A stretch of DNA of 64,000 nt from an uncultured virus (IMG/VR IMGVR_UViG_3300042907_002442). Lineage: Duplodnaviria > Heunggongvirae > Uroviricota > Caudoviricetes. How positions within the stretch are numbered: position 1 is the first letter of the stretch; each line of letters starts with the position of its first letter. The notes below the pieces were generated by a model. It had not been told where the DNA came from. It did no database searches and worked only from the letters and a program-made list of their open reading frames with translations. Both the position numbers and the translations under genes were made by a program. Below, piece after piece: positions 9,137 to 18,438 of this stretch. The DNA lies in the IMG/VR virus record IMGVR_UViG_3300042907_002442. One strand, given 5' to 3'.

Positions 9137-10402
9137 ATGAGCAAAATTTTTATTCAGATTGCTAGTTATCGTGACCCACAATTAGTTTTAACCATAAAAG
9201 ATATGTTAGCAAATGCAAAAAAACCAAAAAATTTGGTTATTGGTATTGCAAGACAATTTTCTGAGTCAGATAAATTTGACAATTTAGACGAATACAAAGA
9301 TGATGAACGTTTTAGAATATTAGACATTCCCTATCAAGAAGCTAAGGGGGTTTGTTGGGCAAGAAATTTAGTTCAACAATTATACTCTGGTGAAAAATAT
9401 ACTTTACAGATAGACTCACACATGAGATTTGTCAAAGATTGGGATGAAATCCTAATCAACATGATAAAGGGTCTTCAAAAGGATGGGTATAAGAAACCTC
9501 TACTTACGGGTTATGTACCCTCCTTTGACCCTGATAACGACCCTGCAGGAAGAGCACAAGATGCTTGGAGAATGGTGTTTGATAGATTTATTCCTGAAGG
9601 TGCAGTTTTCTTTTTACCTGAAACAATTCCTGGTTGGAGGGAAATGACAAAACCTGTACCAGCAAGATTTTATTCTGCACATTTTTGTTTTACCTTAGGT
9701 TCATTCGCAAAAGAGGTTCAACACAATCCTGAATATTATTTTCACGGTGAAGAAATCTCTATTGCTGCAAGAGCTTATACTTGGGGTTATGATTTATTTC
9801 ATCCACATATTCCAGTAATTTATCACGAGTATACTCGCAAGGGTAGAACTAAACAATGGGATGATGACAAAACTTGGGGAGATAGAAATAAACATTCACA
9901 TCTTACAAACAGAAAACTGTTTGGTATGGATGGTGAAAACCAAGAGGGACATGATGGACTTTATGGTTTTGGACCTGTTAGAACACTAAGGGACTATGAA
10001 AAGTATTCGGGTCTCTTATTCGAAAAAAGAGCTGTAGATAAGTGGTGTTTAGATAAAAACTATCCGCCAAGTCCTGCAATAGAAACTGAAGAAGATTGGA
10101 AAAAGTCTTTCTGTACTGTTTATAAACACTGTATTGATGTTGGTTACTCCTCTGTTCCTGAAAAAGACTATGATTTTTGGGTTGTCGCATTCCATGGACC
10201 TAATGACGAAACCCTGTATAGAAAAGATGCAGATAAATCTGAGATTACAAGACTAATGAATGACCCTGACAAATATTGTAAAATTTGGAGGGAGTTTCAA
10301 ACTGATGTATTACCTAAGTATTGGGTTGTATGGCCCCATTCAGAATCAAAGGGATGGTGCGATAGATTGACGGGACAATTATCTCATAACCATGTAAGCT
10401 AA
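9137..10402 (+). CDS. GT60-like polypeptide/Skp1-type N-acetylglucosaminyltransferase (GlcNAc family)
   Basis: IFIQIASYRDPQL, GVCWAR, LQIDSHMRF (DSH metal motif), FHGEEISIAARAYTWGYDLF, IYHEY: motif series of the Gnt1/GT60 family. Confidence 0.8.
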   Translation: MSKIFIQIASYRDPQLVLTIKDMLANAKKPKNLVIGIARQFSESDKFDNLDEYKDDERFRILDIPYQEAKGVCWARNLVQQLYSGEKYTLQIDSHMRFVKDWDEILINMIKGLQKDGYKKPLLTGYVPSFDPDNDPAGRAQDAWRMVFDRFIPEGAVFFLPETIPGWREMTKPVPARFYSAHFCFTLGSFAKEVQHNPEYYFHGEEISIAARAYTWGYDLFHPHIPVIYHEYTRKGRTKQWDDDKTWGDRNKHSHLTNRKLFGMDGENQEGHDGLYGFGPVRTLRDYEKYSGLLFEKRAVDKWCLDKNYPPSPAIETEEDWKKSFCTVYKHCIDVGYSSVPEKDYDFWVVAFHGPNDETLYRKDADKSEITRLMNDPDKYCKIWREFQTDVLPKYWVVWPHSESKGWCDRLTGQLSHNHVS

Positions 10403-11145
10403 TGAAATTCCAAGAATTACCTAAGTTTGTAATAAATTTGGAATCTCGTCCCGATAGGTTAGAAGACATAAAATTTGAATTAGAATATGTTGGTTGGGAT
10501 TTTGAATTATTCAACGCGATAAATAGAAATAGTTACATGGGATGTACTCTTTCTCATTTAGAAATTCTGAGAATATCTGAAGAGAGAGGATACCAAAGGG
10601 TTATGATTATCGAAGATGATTGTCAATTCATGCCTTATTGTAAATCTTTAATTCAGGACTTGGAATCACAAATATCGGACATCGATTTCGGTGTGATGAA
10701 TTTGGCGCCAACATTGAATAGACCAGTAAACAAAAGTTCAAAATATGATTTATTGTTGGATATAACTAATCTTCCACCTAAACCAAACGATAGATTGACA
10801 GAAATATTTGCAACAAATATTTTGATTTACGATTTAAAGGTGTTAGATGCTGTCAGAGCAATAAAAGATTATGCATTTCAGAGTGGTGATTATGTTCTTC
10901 CAATAGACGAACATTTGGTTAAAAACGTATACCCTAAATTCCAATCTTACACTCCAATTTTACCAATAGCACCACAGAAAAATTCATATTCTGATGTATC
11001 TCATGGGATGTATAATAATTTTTATACTCAAACATATAATTGGAATCAATACTCACCAGTAAAAATACATCACAAATTTTTGAATCAAGATACGAATAAT
11101 AAATTCAAAGAAGAAAAAAAACACTTCCATTATAATGAGAATTAA
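10402..11145 (+). CDS. GT25-like glycosyltransferase
   Basis: VINLESRPDRL...GCTLSHL...IIEDD...PIDEHL, the Lex2/GT25 signature; start overlaps the previous stop. Confidence 0.8.
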   Translation: MKFQELPKFVINLESRPDRLEDIKFELEYVGWDFELFNAINRNSYMGCTLSHLEILRISEERGYQRVMIIEDDCQFMPYCKSLIQDLESQISDIDFGVMNLAPTLNRPVNKSSKYDLLLDITNLPPKPNDRLTEIFATNILIYDLKVLDAVRAIKDYAFQSGDYVLPIDEHLVKNVYPKFQSYTPILPIAPQKNSYSDVSHGMYNNFYTQTYNWNQYSPVKIHHKFLNQDTNNKFKEEKKHFHYNEN

Positions 11146-12022
11146 ATTTATAACAGCAATTTATAGTGATTTGAATGGAACAGAGTTGGGGGGTAGGCCT
11201 GCCAGAGGTACTCACTATAGGTTCAGTCTTCTATCTCTTTTAAAAATGACTAATGCAGATTTTCTGTGTTATACTTCTGAAAGAGAGATAGAATCTTTGA
11301 AAGAGTTTTTTTATAAAGAAAACAATATATCAGAAAACAAATTAAAATTTGAAATATTTGATTTGACTAATTCCAAATTCAAAGATTTAATAAATCTTAG
11401 AAAAAATGTGGAGGACATAAAGAGAGGTGATAGATGTATTGAAATTCAATACTCTAAATTTTCTTGGTGGTGGAACGAAGATAAATCATACGATTATTAT
11501 TATTGGATAGACGCCGGATTATCACATTGTGGTTTGATACCATTGAAGTATTTGAATTTTCCTCATGGTATGAGAAGATTTTATGAGAGTACGTTGTTTA
11601 ACAATTCTTTTTCAGAAAATTTAATAATCGACACAAGTGATAAATTTTTAATATTAGGGAAAGAGAATGAAAGGAATTATTGGTCTGGAACCGTGGACCA
11701 AAAATGGTATACCAACTATATAAGACAAATTCATATTATTGGTGGTTTGTTCGGTGGTCATAGAGATAGATGGGATAACATGGTTAGTACATTCGAAGAT
11801 TATGTTGTAAAAATCTTGTCGGATGATTCTTGTAAGTTTTTACCTCATGAAGAACAAATAATGACTTTAATGTTTTATAACCACAACGATTTGTTTGTTA
11901 GGAAACATTTTGATATTTGGTGGTGTAGGGATAACGCACCACAAGGGACTAGTGAAGAACTATTTCTGAAAAATAAAAGTTTTTATAAAATCTTAGAGGA
12001 ATTTAATAGAATATATGAATAA
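11135..12022 (+). CDS. HtrL/YibB-like putative glycosyltransferase
   Basis: KFITAIY...IQYSKF...YYWIDAGL...IIGGLFGG...EEQIM resembles HtrL/WlaTC-type proteins. Confidence 0.6.
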   Translation: MRIKFITAIYSDLNGTELGGRPARGTHYRFSLLSLLKMTNADFLCYTSEREIESLKEFFYKENNISENKLKFEIFDLTNSKFKDLINLRKNVEDIKRGDRCIEIQYSKFSWWWNEDKSYDYYYWIDAGLSHCGLIPLKYLNFPHGMRRFYESTLFNNSFSENLIIDTSDKFLILGKENERNYWSGTVDQKWYTNYIRQIHIIGGLFGGHRDRWDNMVSTFEDYVVKILSDDSCKFLPHEEQIMTLMFYNHNDLFVRKHFDIWWCRDNAPQGTSEELFLKNKSFYKILEEFNRIYE

Positions 12023-13688
12023 CATTACTTTAGTAACGGGTATTTGGGACATCGGGAGGTCTGAATTAAATGAGGGTTGGAAACGACCCTATGAACATTA
12101 TTTGGAAAAATTTGATTCTCTTTTGGATGCGTCTGAAAATATGATTATTTTCGGGGATGAGTCTTTAGAAGAATTTGTTTTTAGAAAAAGGAATAAGGAG
12201 AATACTCAATTTATTAGAAGACCAATATCTTGGTTCAGAGAAAATGAGTTTTTTGAAAAAATACAACTGATAAGAAACAATGAAGATTGGAAAAATCTTG
12301 CGGGGTGGCTTAGAGACTCAACTCAATCGAAATTAGAAAACTATAATCCTTTAGTCATGTCCAAAGTTTTTCTACTTCATGATGCCAAGATTATGGACCA
12401 ATTTAATTCGGAATATATGTTTTGGATTGACGGAGGTATTACAAACACCGTGCACTCCGGATATTTCACACACGACAAGGTTTTAAATAATCTTCCTAAA
12501 TACATCTCAAAGTTTTCTTTTATTTGTTTTCCATATGAGGCAAATAATGAAATTCATGGATTTGAGTATTCAAGATTAAATGAGATTGCCGGTACTAAAG
12601 TAGACAAAGTTGCAAGAGGAGGATTCTTTGGTGGACCAAAGTATACTATACCAGAAATAAATTCAATTTATTATGGTTTATTGAAATCTACATTAGACCA
12701 AGGGTTGATGGGTACCGAAGAATCTATTTTTAGTATAATGTGTTATAAACACTCAGATTTAATAAATTATTTTGAGATAGAAGGTAACGGTCTCATAGGT
12801 AAATTTTTTGAGGGTTTGAAAAATAACAATTTAGAAGTAAAATCTGAGAGCGGATTTGTCTCACAGGAAATGTTAGATACAAATAAAGTTGGTTTATATG
12901 TTATAACATTTAACAGTCCAGAACAATTTGAAACTCTGATACAATCGATGAATTCTTATGATAAAGATTTTTTATTAAAAACTAAAAAATTTCTTTTAAA
13001 TAATTCTACAGACAGGACAACAGATTTAACTTATAGTCAATTATGTGATGATTATGGTTTCGAAGAAATAAAAAAGGATAATTTAGGTATCTGCGGTGGA
13101 AGACAGTGGATTGCAGAACATTTTGACACAGAAACGGATTTAGATTATTACCTTTTCTTTGAGGACGATATGTTCTTCTATCCGAATCAAGAGGTTTGTA
13201 AAAATGGTTTCAACAGATTCACAGATAATCTTTATTCAAAATCTTTAGAAATTGTTAAAAAAGAAAATTTTGATTTTTTAAAATTAAATTTTTCAGAGTT
13301 TTTTGGTGATAATAGTACTCAATGGTCTTGGTATAATGTCCCTCAAGATGTAAGATTAAAGTTTTGGCCTGAAAAACCCCGACTCCCAAACATGGGATTA
13401 GACCCAAATGCCCCAAAAACAAAATTCACCAAAATAGATTCCCACAAAGGTATACCATATGCAACAGGTGAAATATACTATTGTAATTGGCCACAAATAG
13501 TCTCAAGGCCCGGTAATAAAAAGATGTTTTTAGAAACAACTTGGGCTCACCCATTTGAACAAACGTGGATGAGTCATATGTATCAGCAGACTGTTGCGGG
13601 CAAACTCAAACCAGGGTTACTTCTTATGACACCAACCGAACATAATAGGTTCGACCATTACGATAGGAAGTTACGTAAAGAGTCATAA
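12015..13688 (+). CDS. two-domain glycosyltransferase: N-terminal HtrL-like domain plus C-terminal GT-A (GT2-like) domain
   Basis: N: TLVTGIWDIGR...MSKVFLL...FWIDGG...RGGFFGG...TEESIF; C: YVITFNS...LLNNSTD...NLGICGGR...YLFFEDD. Confidence 0.65.
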   Translation: MNNITLVTGIWDIGRSELNEGWKRPYEHYLEKFDSLLDASENMIIFGDESLEEFVFRKRNKENTQFIRRPISWFRENEFFEKIQLIRNNEDWKNLAGWLRDSTQSKLENYNPLVMSKVFLLHDAKIMDQFNSEYMFWIDGGITNTVHSGYFTHDKVLNNLPKYISKFSFICFPYEANNEIHGFEYSRLNEIAGTKVDKVARGGFFGGPKYTIPEINSIYYGLLKSTLDQGLMGTEESIFSIMCYKHSDLINYFEIEGNGLIGKFFEGLKNNNLEVKSESGFVSQEMLDTNKVGLYVITFNSPEQFETLIQSMNSYDKDFLLKTKKFLLNNSTDRTTDLTYSQLCDDYGFEEIKKDNLGICGGRQWIAEHFDTETDLDYYLFFEDDMFFYPNQEVCKNGFNRFTDNLYSKSLEIVKKENFDFLKLNFSEFFGDNSTQWSWYNVPQDVRLKFWPEKPRLPNMGLDPNAPKTKFTKIDSHKGIPYATGEIYYCNWPQIVSRPGNKKMFLETTWAHPFEQTWMSHMYQQTVAGKLKPGLLLMTPTEHNRFDHYDRKLRKES

Positions 13689-13704
13689 CAGTATATTTAT
13701 TGTT

Positions 13705-14082
13705 ATGGAATTTTTTATCAAGAAAAATGCTACTTTACCACTCTTGAAAATGCAAGTTGTAAAAGATGGTAGGGCCGGATATTTGGAGCTTATGGAGGCA
13801 TTACCCATTTCAACAATCTATTTCACGATGATAAATGTTGAAACTGGTATTCCCAAAATAGTATCCGCCCCCTGTTACATAACTTCTATAACCCTTCCCT
13901 TAGGTGCAACCCCTGAGTATTATGTTTATTTCAGATTTACATCAAGAGACACAAATACCGTGGGTAGATATCAAGGTCAATTTCTCATCAAAAACGACGA
14001 GGGTAATTTAATTCTACCGATAAGAGAGGAGTTATATATCAACGTACAAGACAGTTTTATTTCTGAAACAGGTTGTTGTTGA
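13705..14082 (+). CDS. BppU-like small virion protein
   Basis: FFIKKNATLPLL...YFRFTSRDTNTVGRYQGQF...LILP resembles the baseplate upper protein N-terminal domain; TATTTAT at 13694-13700. Confidence 0.5.
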   Translation: MEFFIKKNATLPLLKMQVVKDGRAGYLELMEALPISTIYFTMINVETGIPKIVSAPCYITSITLPLGATPEYYVYFRFTSRDTNTVGRYQGQFLIKNDEGNLILPIREELYINVQDSFISETGCC

Positions 14083-14083
14083 T

Positions 14084-14115
14084 TTTGATATTACAGATAT
14101 TCTTCGTATATTTAT
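14084..14115 (+). promoter_or_regulatory. putative promoter of the polymerase gene
   Basis: TTTG (14084-87), 19 nt, TATATTTA (14107-14); one mismatch to the Bacteroidota -33/-7 consensus and contains TATTTAT. Confidence 0.5.
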
Positions 14116-14177
14116 GGCTGAATGAGTAAGGTAAATTTCACAATAGTGTGAAAGCCAATAAACCACTCGAAAAATAT

Positions 14178-16976
14178 ATGATTGACCCTCAAGAAATTGA
14201 GTCGTTCTTACATGGTAACGACCCCGAAGAATTTATTGTAGCTATTGAGTTTGATTATGTTTCAAACTCCATTTTCAAAATCAAAGAAATACCCAATAAG
14301 GGTAAAGAGATTCGTAAGGATACATTTATACCATTCGCTTGGGTTGGAGACCTCCGTGGTATAAATTTCTATAACAATTCCAAAATTGCTCAGAAAGAAG
14401 CGATGTCAAAATATGGGATTGTAATTCAAAAATTAGAAACGAAAGATAATGAACGTCTTGAGAATGGTTTGACTTTCATGGTCAAGTCCCTTAAAGGTTA
14501 TCGTGAACTAATTCAGTTCTTCCGTGACGGTGGTTGTGACCCGTGGGGTGAAAAAACCAAGGACAAAATTATGGTTTTACCTCCTGTTGAACAATATCTG
14601 ATATCCAAAGAAAAAAGATTGTTCAAAGGTTTTGATGATTATAATCAAGTGACGCGACTTGTATTTGACTTGGAGACAAACGCTTTGGACCCAAAAGACG
14701 GTCGTATATTCATGATTGGAATCAAAACAAATAAGGGTTACCACAGGGTAATTGAATGTCTTGATGAAAAGGATGAGAAAGATGCAATCTTAGAATTCTT
14801 CAAAGTAATTGATGAAATTAAACCAAGTATTATCGGTGGTTATAATTCGGCGAACTTCGATTGGCACTGGATATTTGAAAGAAGTCAAAAACTAGGAATA
14901 GATTTAAGAAAGTCTATCAAATCCTTACATCCCCAACATTCTTATACAAGAAAGGAATCTATCCTAAAGTTAGCAAACGAGGTAGAAGATTATCTACAAA
15001 CTTCAATTTGGGGTTATAATGTCATTGATATCATTCATGCGGTGCGTAGAGCACAAGCAATCAACTCGAACATTAAAGCTGCTGGTTTGAAATATATTAC
15101 CAAGTTTATCGGTAAAGAAGCAACTGACCGTGTCTATATTGAACACACTGATATTGGTAAAATGTATGCGGCCAAAGAAGAGTATTGGTTGAACATTCAG
15201 AATGGAAATTACAAAAAGGTCGGATTGGATGAGAAAATCGATACGGCTTGTAAAAAAAGACCTGATGTGTATATTGTAACAACAGGAGATAATTTGGTTG
15301 AGAGATATTTGGATGATGACTTGGAAGAAACCTTAGCCGTAGACCAAGAGTTCAATCAAGCCTCATTCTTACTAGCTTCAATGATTCCCACCACATATGA
15401 GAGGGTTTCTACTATGGGAACGGCAACCCTTTGGAAAATGCTAATGCTTGCGTGGTCTTATAAACACGGTTTGGCAATCCCTGAGAAACAATCAAAGACA
15501 GACTTCGTAGGAGGTCTTTCTCGACTATTAAAAGTCGGGTACAGTAAGAATGTCCTAAAGCTAGACTTCTCCTCTCTATACCCCTCTATTCAGCTCGTAC
15601 ACGATGTTTTCCCCGACTGTGATGTTACAGGTGCGATGAAAGGAATGTTAAAGTATTTTCGTGATACTCGTATCCGTTACAAACAACTTGCCGAAGAGTT
15701 TGAGAAAACTGACCCTCAAAAATCAGCATCTTATTCTAACAAACAATTACCCATCAAAATCTTCATCAACTCAATGTTCGGTGCTTTGTCCGCCCCTCAG
15801 GTTTTTGCTTGGGGTGATATGTACATGGGTGAACAGATTACTTGTACGGGTCGTCAGTATCTGAGACAGATGATTAAATTCTTTATGTCTCGAGGTTATA
15901 CTCCCTTGGTTATGGATACTGACGGTGTAAACTTCTCAAGTCCTGATGATGTCGACAAACACAAATATATTGGTCGTGGTTTAAATTGGAAGGTCAAAGT
16001 TGGTAAAGAATATACAGGACCTGATGCGGATGTTGCTGAATATAACGATATTTTCATGAGGGGTGAAATGGCTTTGGATACTGACGGAGTTTGGCCTTCG
16101 TGTATCAATTTGGCAAGAAAAAACTACGCAGTTATGGATGCAAGAGGTAAAATCAAATTGACAGGTAATTCAATCAAGTCAAAAAAACTTCCCTTGTATA
16201 TCGAAACCTTTTTGGACAAAGGAATTAAACTCCTATTAGAAGGTAGAGGTAAAGATTTTATCGAGTACTACTATGAGTATCTAAAAATAATTTTTGACCA
16301 AAAAATTCCTTTATCCCAAATTGCTCAGAGAGCCAAAGTAAAATTGACCTTGGACGAGTATAAAAAAAGGTTGACACAAAAAACCAAGGCCGGTAATAGT
16401 ATGTCTCGTATGGCACACATGGAATTGGCAATACAGGAGGGTTTGAATGTAAACCTTGGTGATGTTATAATGTATGTCAATAACGGTAAAAAGGCGTCTC
16501 AAGGTGACGTACAAAAAATGACCGCTAAACAAATCAAAGATTTAAATGAATATAACAAAGTCCAAAACCCAAATTCGAAACCAGTACAAGATGGAGTAAT
16601 TGTGAATTGTTATATGTTGAAGGCAGATATTTTGGAAAACAACCCCAATCTGACAGGTGAGTATAATGTTCCGAGGGCAATCGTTACTTTCAATAAAAGA
16701 ATTGAACCTTTGTTAGTGGTATTCCAACAAGAGGTTCGTGACAATTTGTTAGTGACCGACCCTGAACAAAGAGGTATATTTACAACCGCTCAATGTGAAT
16801 TGATAAACGGGATGCCATTTGAAGAGGGCGACCAAGACAAACTTAAAGAGGATGTTTTGGATATTACTGAACAGGAATTAAACTATTGGGGTAGAAGAGG
16901 TCTTAGTTCAGAATATATTTACGAATTAGCGGAAGAAGATTGGAAAATTAAATTAGGAGTTCTTGAGTCCGTCTGA
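14178..16976 (+). CDS. polB: family B DNA polymerase with 3'-5' exonuclease
   Basis: ExoI FDLET, ExoII GYNSANFDW, ExoIII YLDDD; motif A DFSSLYPS, motif B KIFINSMFG, motif C MDTDG; ATG at 14178 preferred. Confidence 0.95.
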   Translation: MIDPQEIESFLHGNDPEEFIVAIEFDYVSNSIFKIKEIPNKGKEIRKDTFIPFAWVGDLRGINFYNNSKIAQKEAMSKYGIVIQKLETKDNERLENGLTFMVKSLKGYRELIQFFRDGGCDPWGEKTKDKIMVLPPVEQYLISKEKRLFKGFDDYNQVTRLVFDLETNALDPKDGRIFMIGIKTNKGYHRVIECLDEKDEKDAILEFFKVIDEIKPSIIGGYNSANFDWHWIFERSQKLGIDLRKSIKSLHPQHSYTRKESILKLANEVEDYLQTSIWGYNVIDIIHAVRRAQAINSNIKAAGLKYITKFIGKEATDRVYIEHTDIGKMYAAKEEYWLNIQNGNYKKVGLDEKIDTACKKRPDVYIVTTGDNLVERYLDDDLEETLAVDQEFNQASFLLASMIPTTYERVSTMGTATLWKMLMLAWSYKHGLAIPEKQSKTDFVGGLSRLLKVGYSKNVLKLDFSSLYPSIQLVHDVFPDCDVTGAMKGMLKYFRDTRIRYKQLAEEFEKTDPQKSASYSNKQLPIKIFINSMFGALSAPQVFAWGDMYMGEQITCTGRQYLRQMIKFFMSRGYTPLVMDTDGVNFSSPDDVDKHKYIGRGLNWKVKVGKEYTGPDADVAEYNDIFMRGEMALDTDGVWPSCINLARKNYAVMDARGKIKLTGNSIKSKKLPLYIETFLDKGIKLLLEGRGKDFIEYYYEYLKIIFDQKIPLSQIAQRAKVKLTLDEYKKRLTQKTKAGNSMSRMAHMELAIQEGLNVNLGDVIMYVNNGKKASQGDVQKMTAKQIKDLNEYNKVQNPNSKPVQDGVIVNCYMLKADILENNPNLTGEYNVPRAIVTFNKRIEPLLVVFQQEVRDNLLVTDPEQRGIFTTAQCELINGMPFEEGDQDKLKEDVLDITEQELNYWGRRGLSSEYIYELAEEDWKIKLGVLESV

Positions 16977-17288
16977 TGAAAGAATATACCAAGTATCTCT
17001 TATAAATTTAAATTCAACACAGGCGAACTTATCTAAATCAACCTCATCGTATTCTTCATCAATCCTATTGATATCAGGTTTCACTTTGAGATTTGTCATC
17101 GATTTAACAACAACGTGGTCTGAGGTCATAGAGTCCAAAGTCAAAGTTGCGTTTGGTACACCTCTCACAACAATCACCGCTTCTCCGTTTACTTTGTAGT
17201 CTTTTTCAGTAACGACAGCGCTGTCTGAGGTCTCTATTGCAAACCCATTTATTATTCTTTTTGATGGTATATTTTTAACTATTGCCAT
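16953..17288 (-). CDS. small beta-rich protein, probably structural
   Basis: 111 aa, coupled to the neck gene; TLTL...IDEE...L...W pattern seen in phage fibre or decoration domains. Confidence 0.55.
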   Translation of the reverse strand: MAIVKNIPSKRIINGFAIETSDSAVVTEKDYKVNGEAVIVVRGVPNATLTLDSMTSDHVVVKSMTNLKVKPDINRIDEEYDEVDLDKFACVEFKFIRDTWYILSSDGLKNS

Positions 17289-18415
17289 TAGATTACGTAT
17301 ATTTGACGAGGCATTGCTCTGAATTTCATTTGTTTATTTAAATTTTCAGCAATTTGAGCTTCCCTTTCCATTACCTTTTCGGGTCTCAATCTCGTAAGCC
17401 ATCCCTCTGCACCAATCAATTCTTCTAATAGCTTTGTTTTCTCATCTTTAGCTTCTGTTTGAAGTATTTGATAGTCCATCGTCAATTCTGAATCAGGAGT
17501 TTTCAGGTTTCCGCTATACTTACCTCTAACTCTCGATAAAGTTTCTTTTGCATATGCTGTAAACCATCTTCTAACCCATTGTTGGCCAGGTACATTCAGT
17601 TCTTCCCAACTCAATTCAGAAATAGGAACATCTGTTGGTAATTTTATAATATCGGGATTAGCTTTCAAACAATTAGCTCTGTCATCAGGACCAACGTCAT
17701 AATACCAATACCATACGGCTTTACCTTCATACAAGCTGTAGTTATTCCAATTAAAACGACCTCCAGGGGTATTATAAAGGAATATATTTTTCTTTCCATC
17801 AGGTAAACCTGTGATTCTGTATGTTAGGGAACCTCCCAAAATTCTATTCAGGATGTTGGCTTCTTGCATTCTAATGAGATAATCAAACCCACTCATCATA
17901 AAGTAAGAACCTTGATATCCCATCTGTGCGTATCCTGCTTCATTTGCGCCCAAACCAATTCCACCGAAACCAAATCCACCTATACCACCTAATCCGAATG
18001 CTGTCCACGGTTGATTGGAAAACCATAAAAGTTCATTCACTTCTCTACCGGCAGGGATTTCATAGTTTTGTTTGTTTCTCTCTAAAACAAAATAATCTTT
18101 CTTCAGGACCCAAGGTCCCATAGTTTGTAGACCAACTATCTTTGAGTATGAATATGCGAATTGTTGTTCAAAATCCATCGTTCTTGTCACCAAAGCCCTT
18201 GCCACTGATTTCTCATTCATGTTCAGATTTACAAGGTTTACCCATTGACTATCAATCAACCATTGAAGAACATACTCTTCATAATCTCCAATAGATAATT
18301 CCATTAAAGAATCTAACATTTCATCCGTCAATTCAACACTTCTTAAAGGTGCCCCTAATTGATGTTTGATTCTTGTATATATTCTACTTCTTTCTGGTTC
18401 AGGAATTACTGACAT
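17288..18415 (-). CDS. neck / head-tail connector protein (T4 gp13-like)
   Basis: IKHQLGAPLRSVEL at the N-terminus and WVRRWFTAYAKETLSRVRGKY near the C-terminus match gp13-like adaptors; ATG at 18415; TATTTATA upstream (18431-38). Confidence 0.7.
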   Translation of the reverse strand: MSVIPEPERSRIYTRIKHQLGAPLRSVELTDEMLDSLMELSIGDYEEYVLQWLIDSQWVNLVNLNMNEKSVARALVTRTMDFEQQFAYSYSKIVGLQTMGPWVLKKDYFVLERNKQNYEIPAGREVNELLWFSNQPWTAFGLGGIGGFGFGGIGLGANEAGYAQMGYQGSYFMMSGFDYLIRMQEANILNRILGGSLTYRITGLPDGKKNIFLYNTPGGRFNWNNYSLYEGKAVWYWYYDVGPDDRANCLKANPDIIKLPTDVPISELSWEELNVPGQQWVRRWFTAYAKETLSRVRGKYSGNLKTPDSELTMDYQILQTEAKDEKTKLLEELIGAEGWLTRLRPEKVMEREAQIAENLNKQMKFRAMPRQIYVI

Positions 18416-18438
18416 AGACAAGTTTTATTATATAAATA

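Noticed and set aside
14178..16976. Intein or intron in the polymerase (second DTDG noted)
   Set aside because: Motif spacing is continuous; no intein C/S...HN junctions or homing endonuclease motifs seen; the second DTDG lies in the ordinary post-motif-C region
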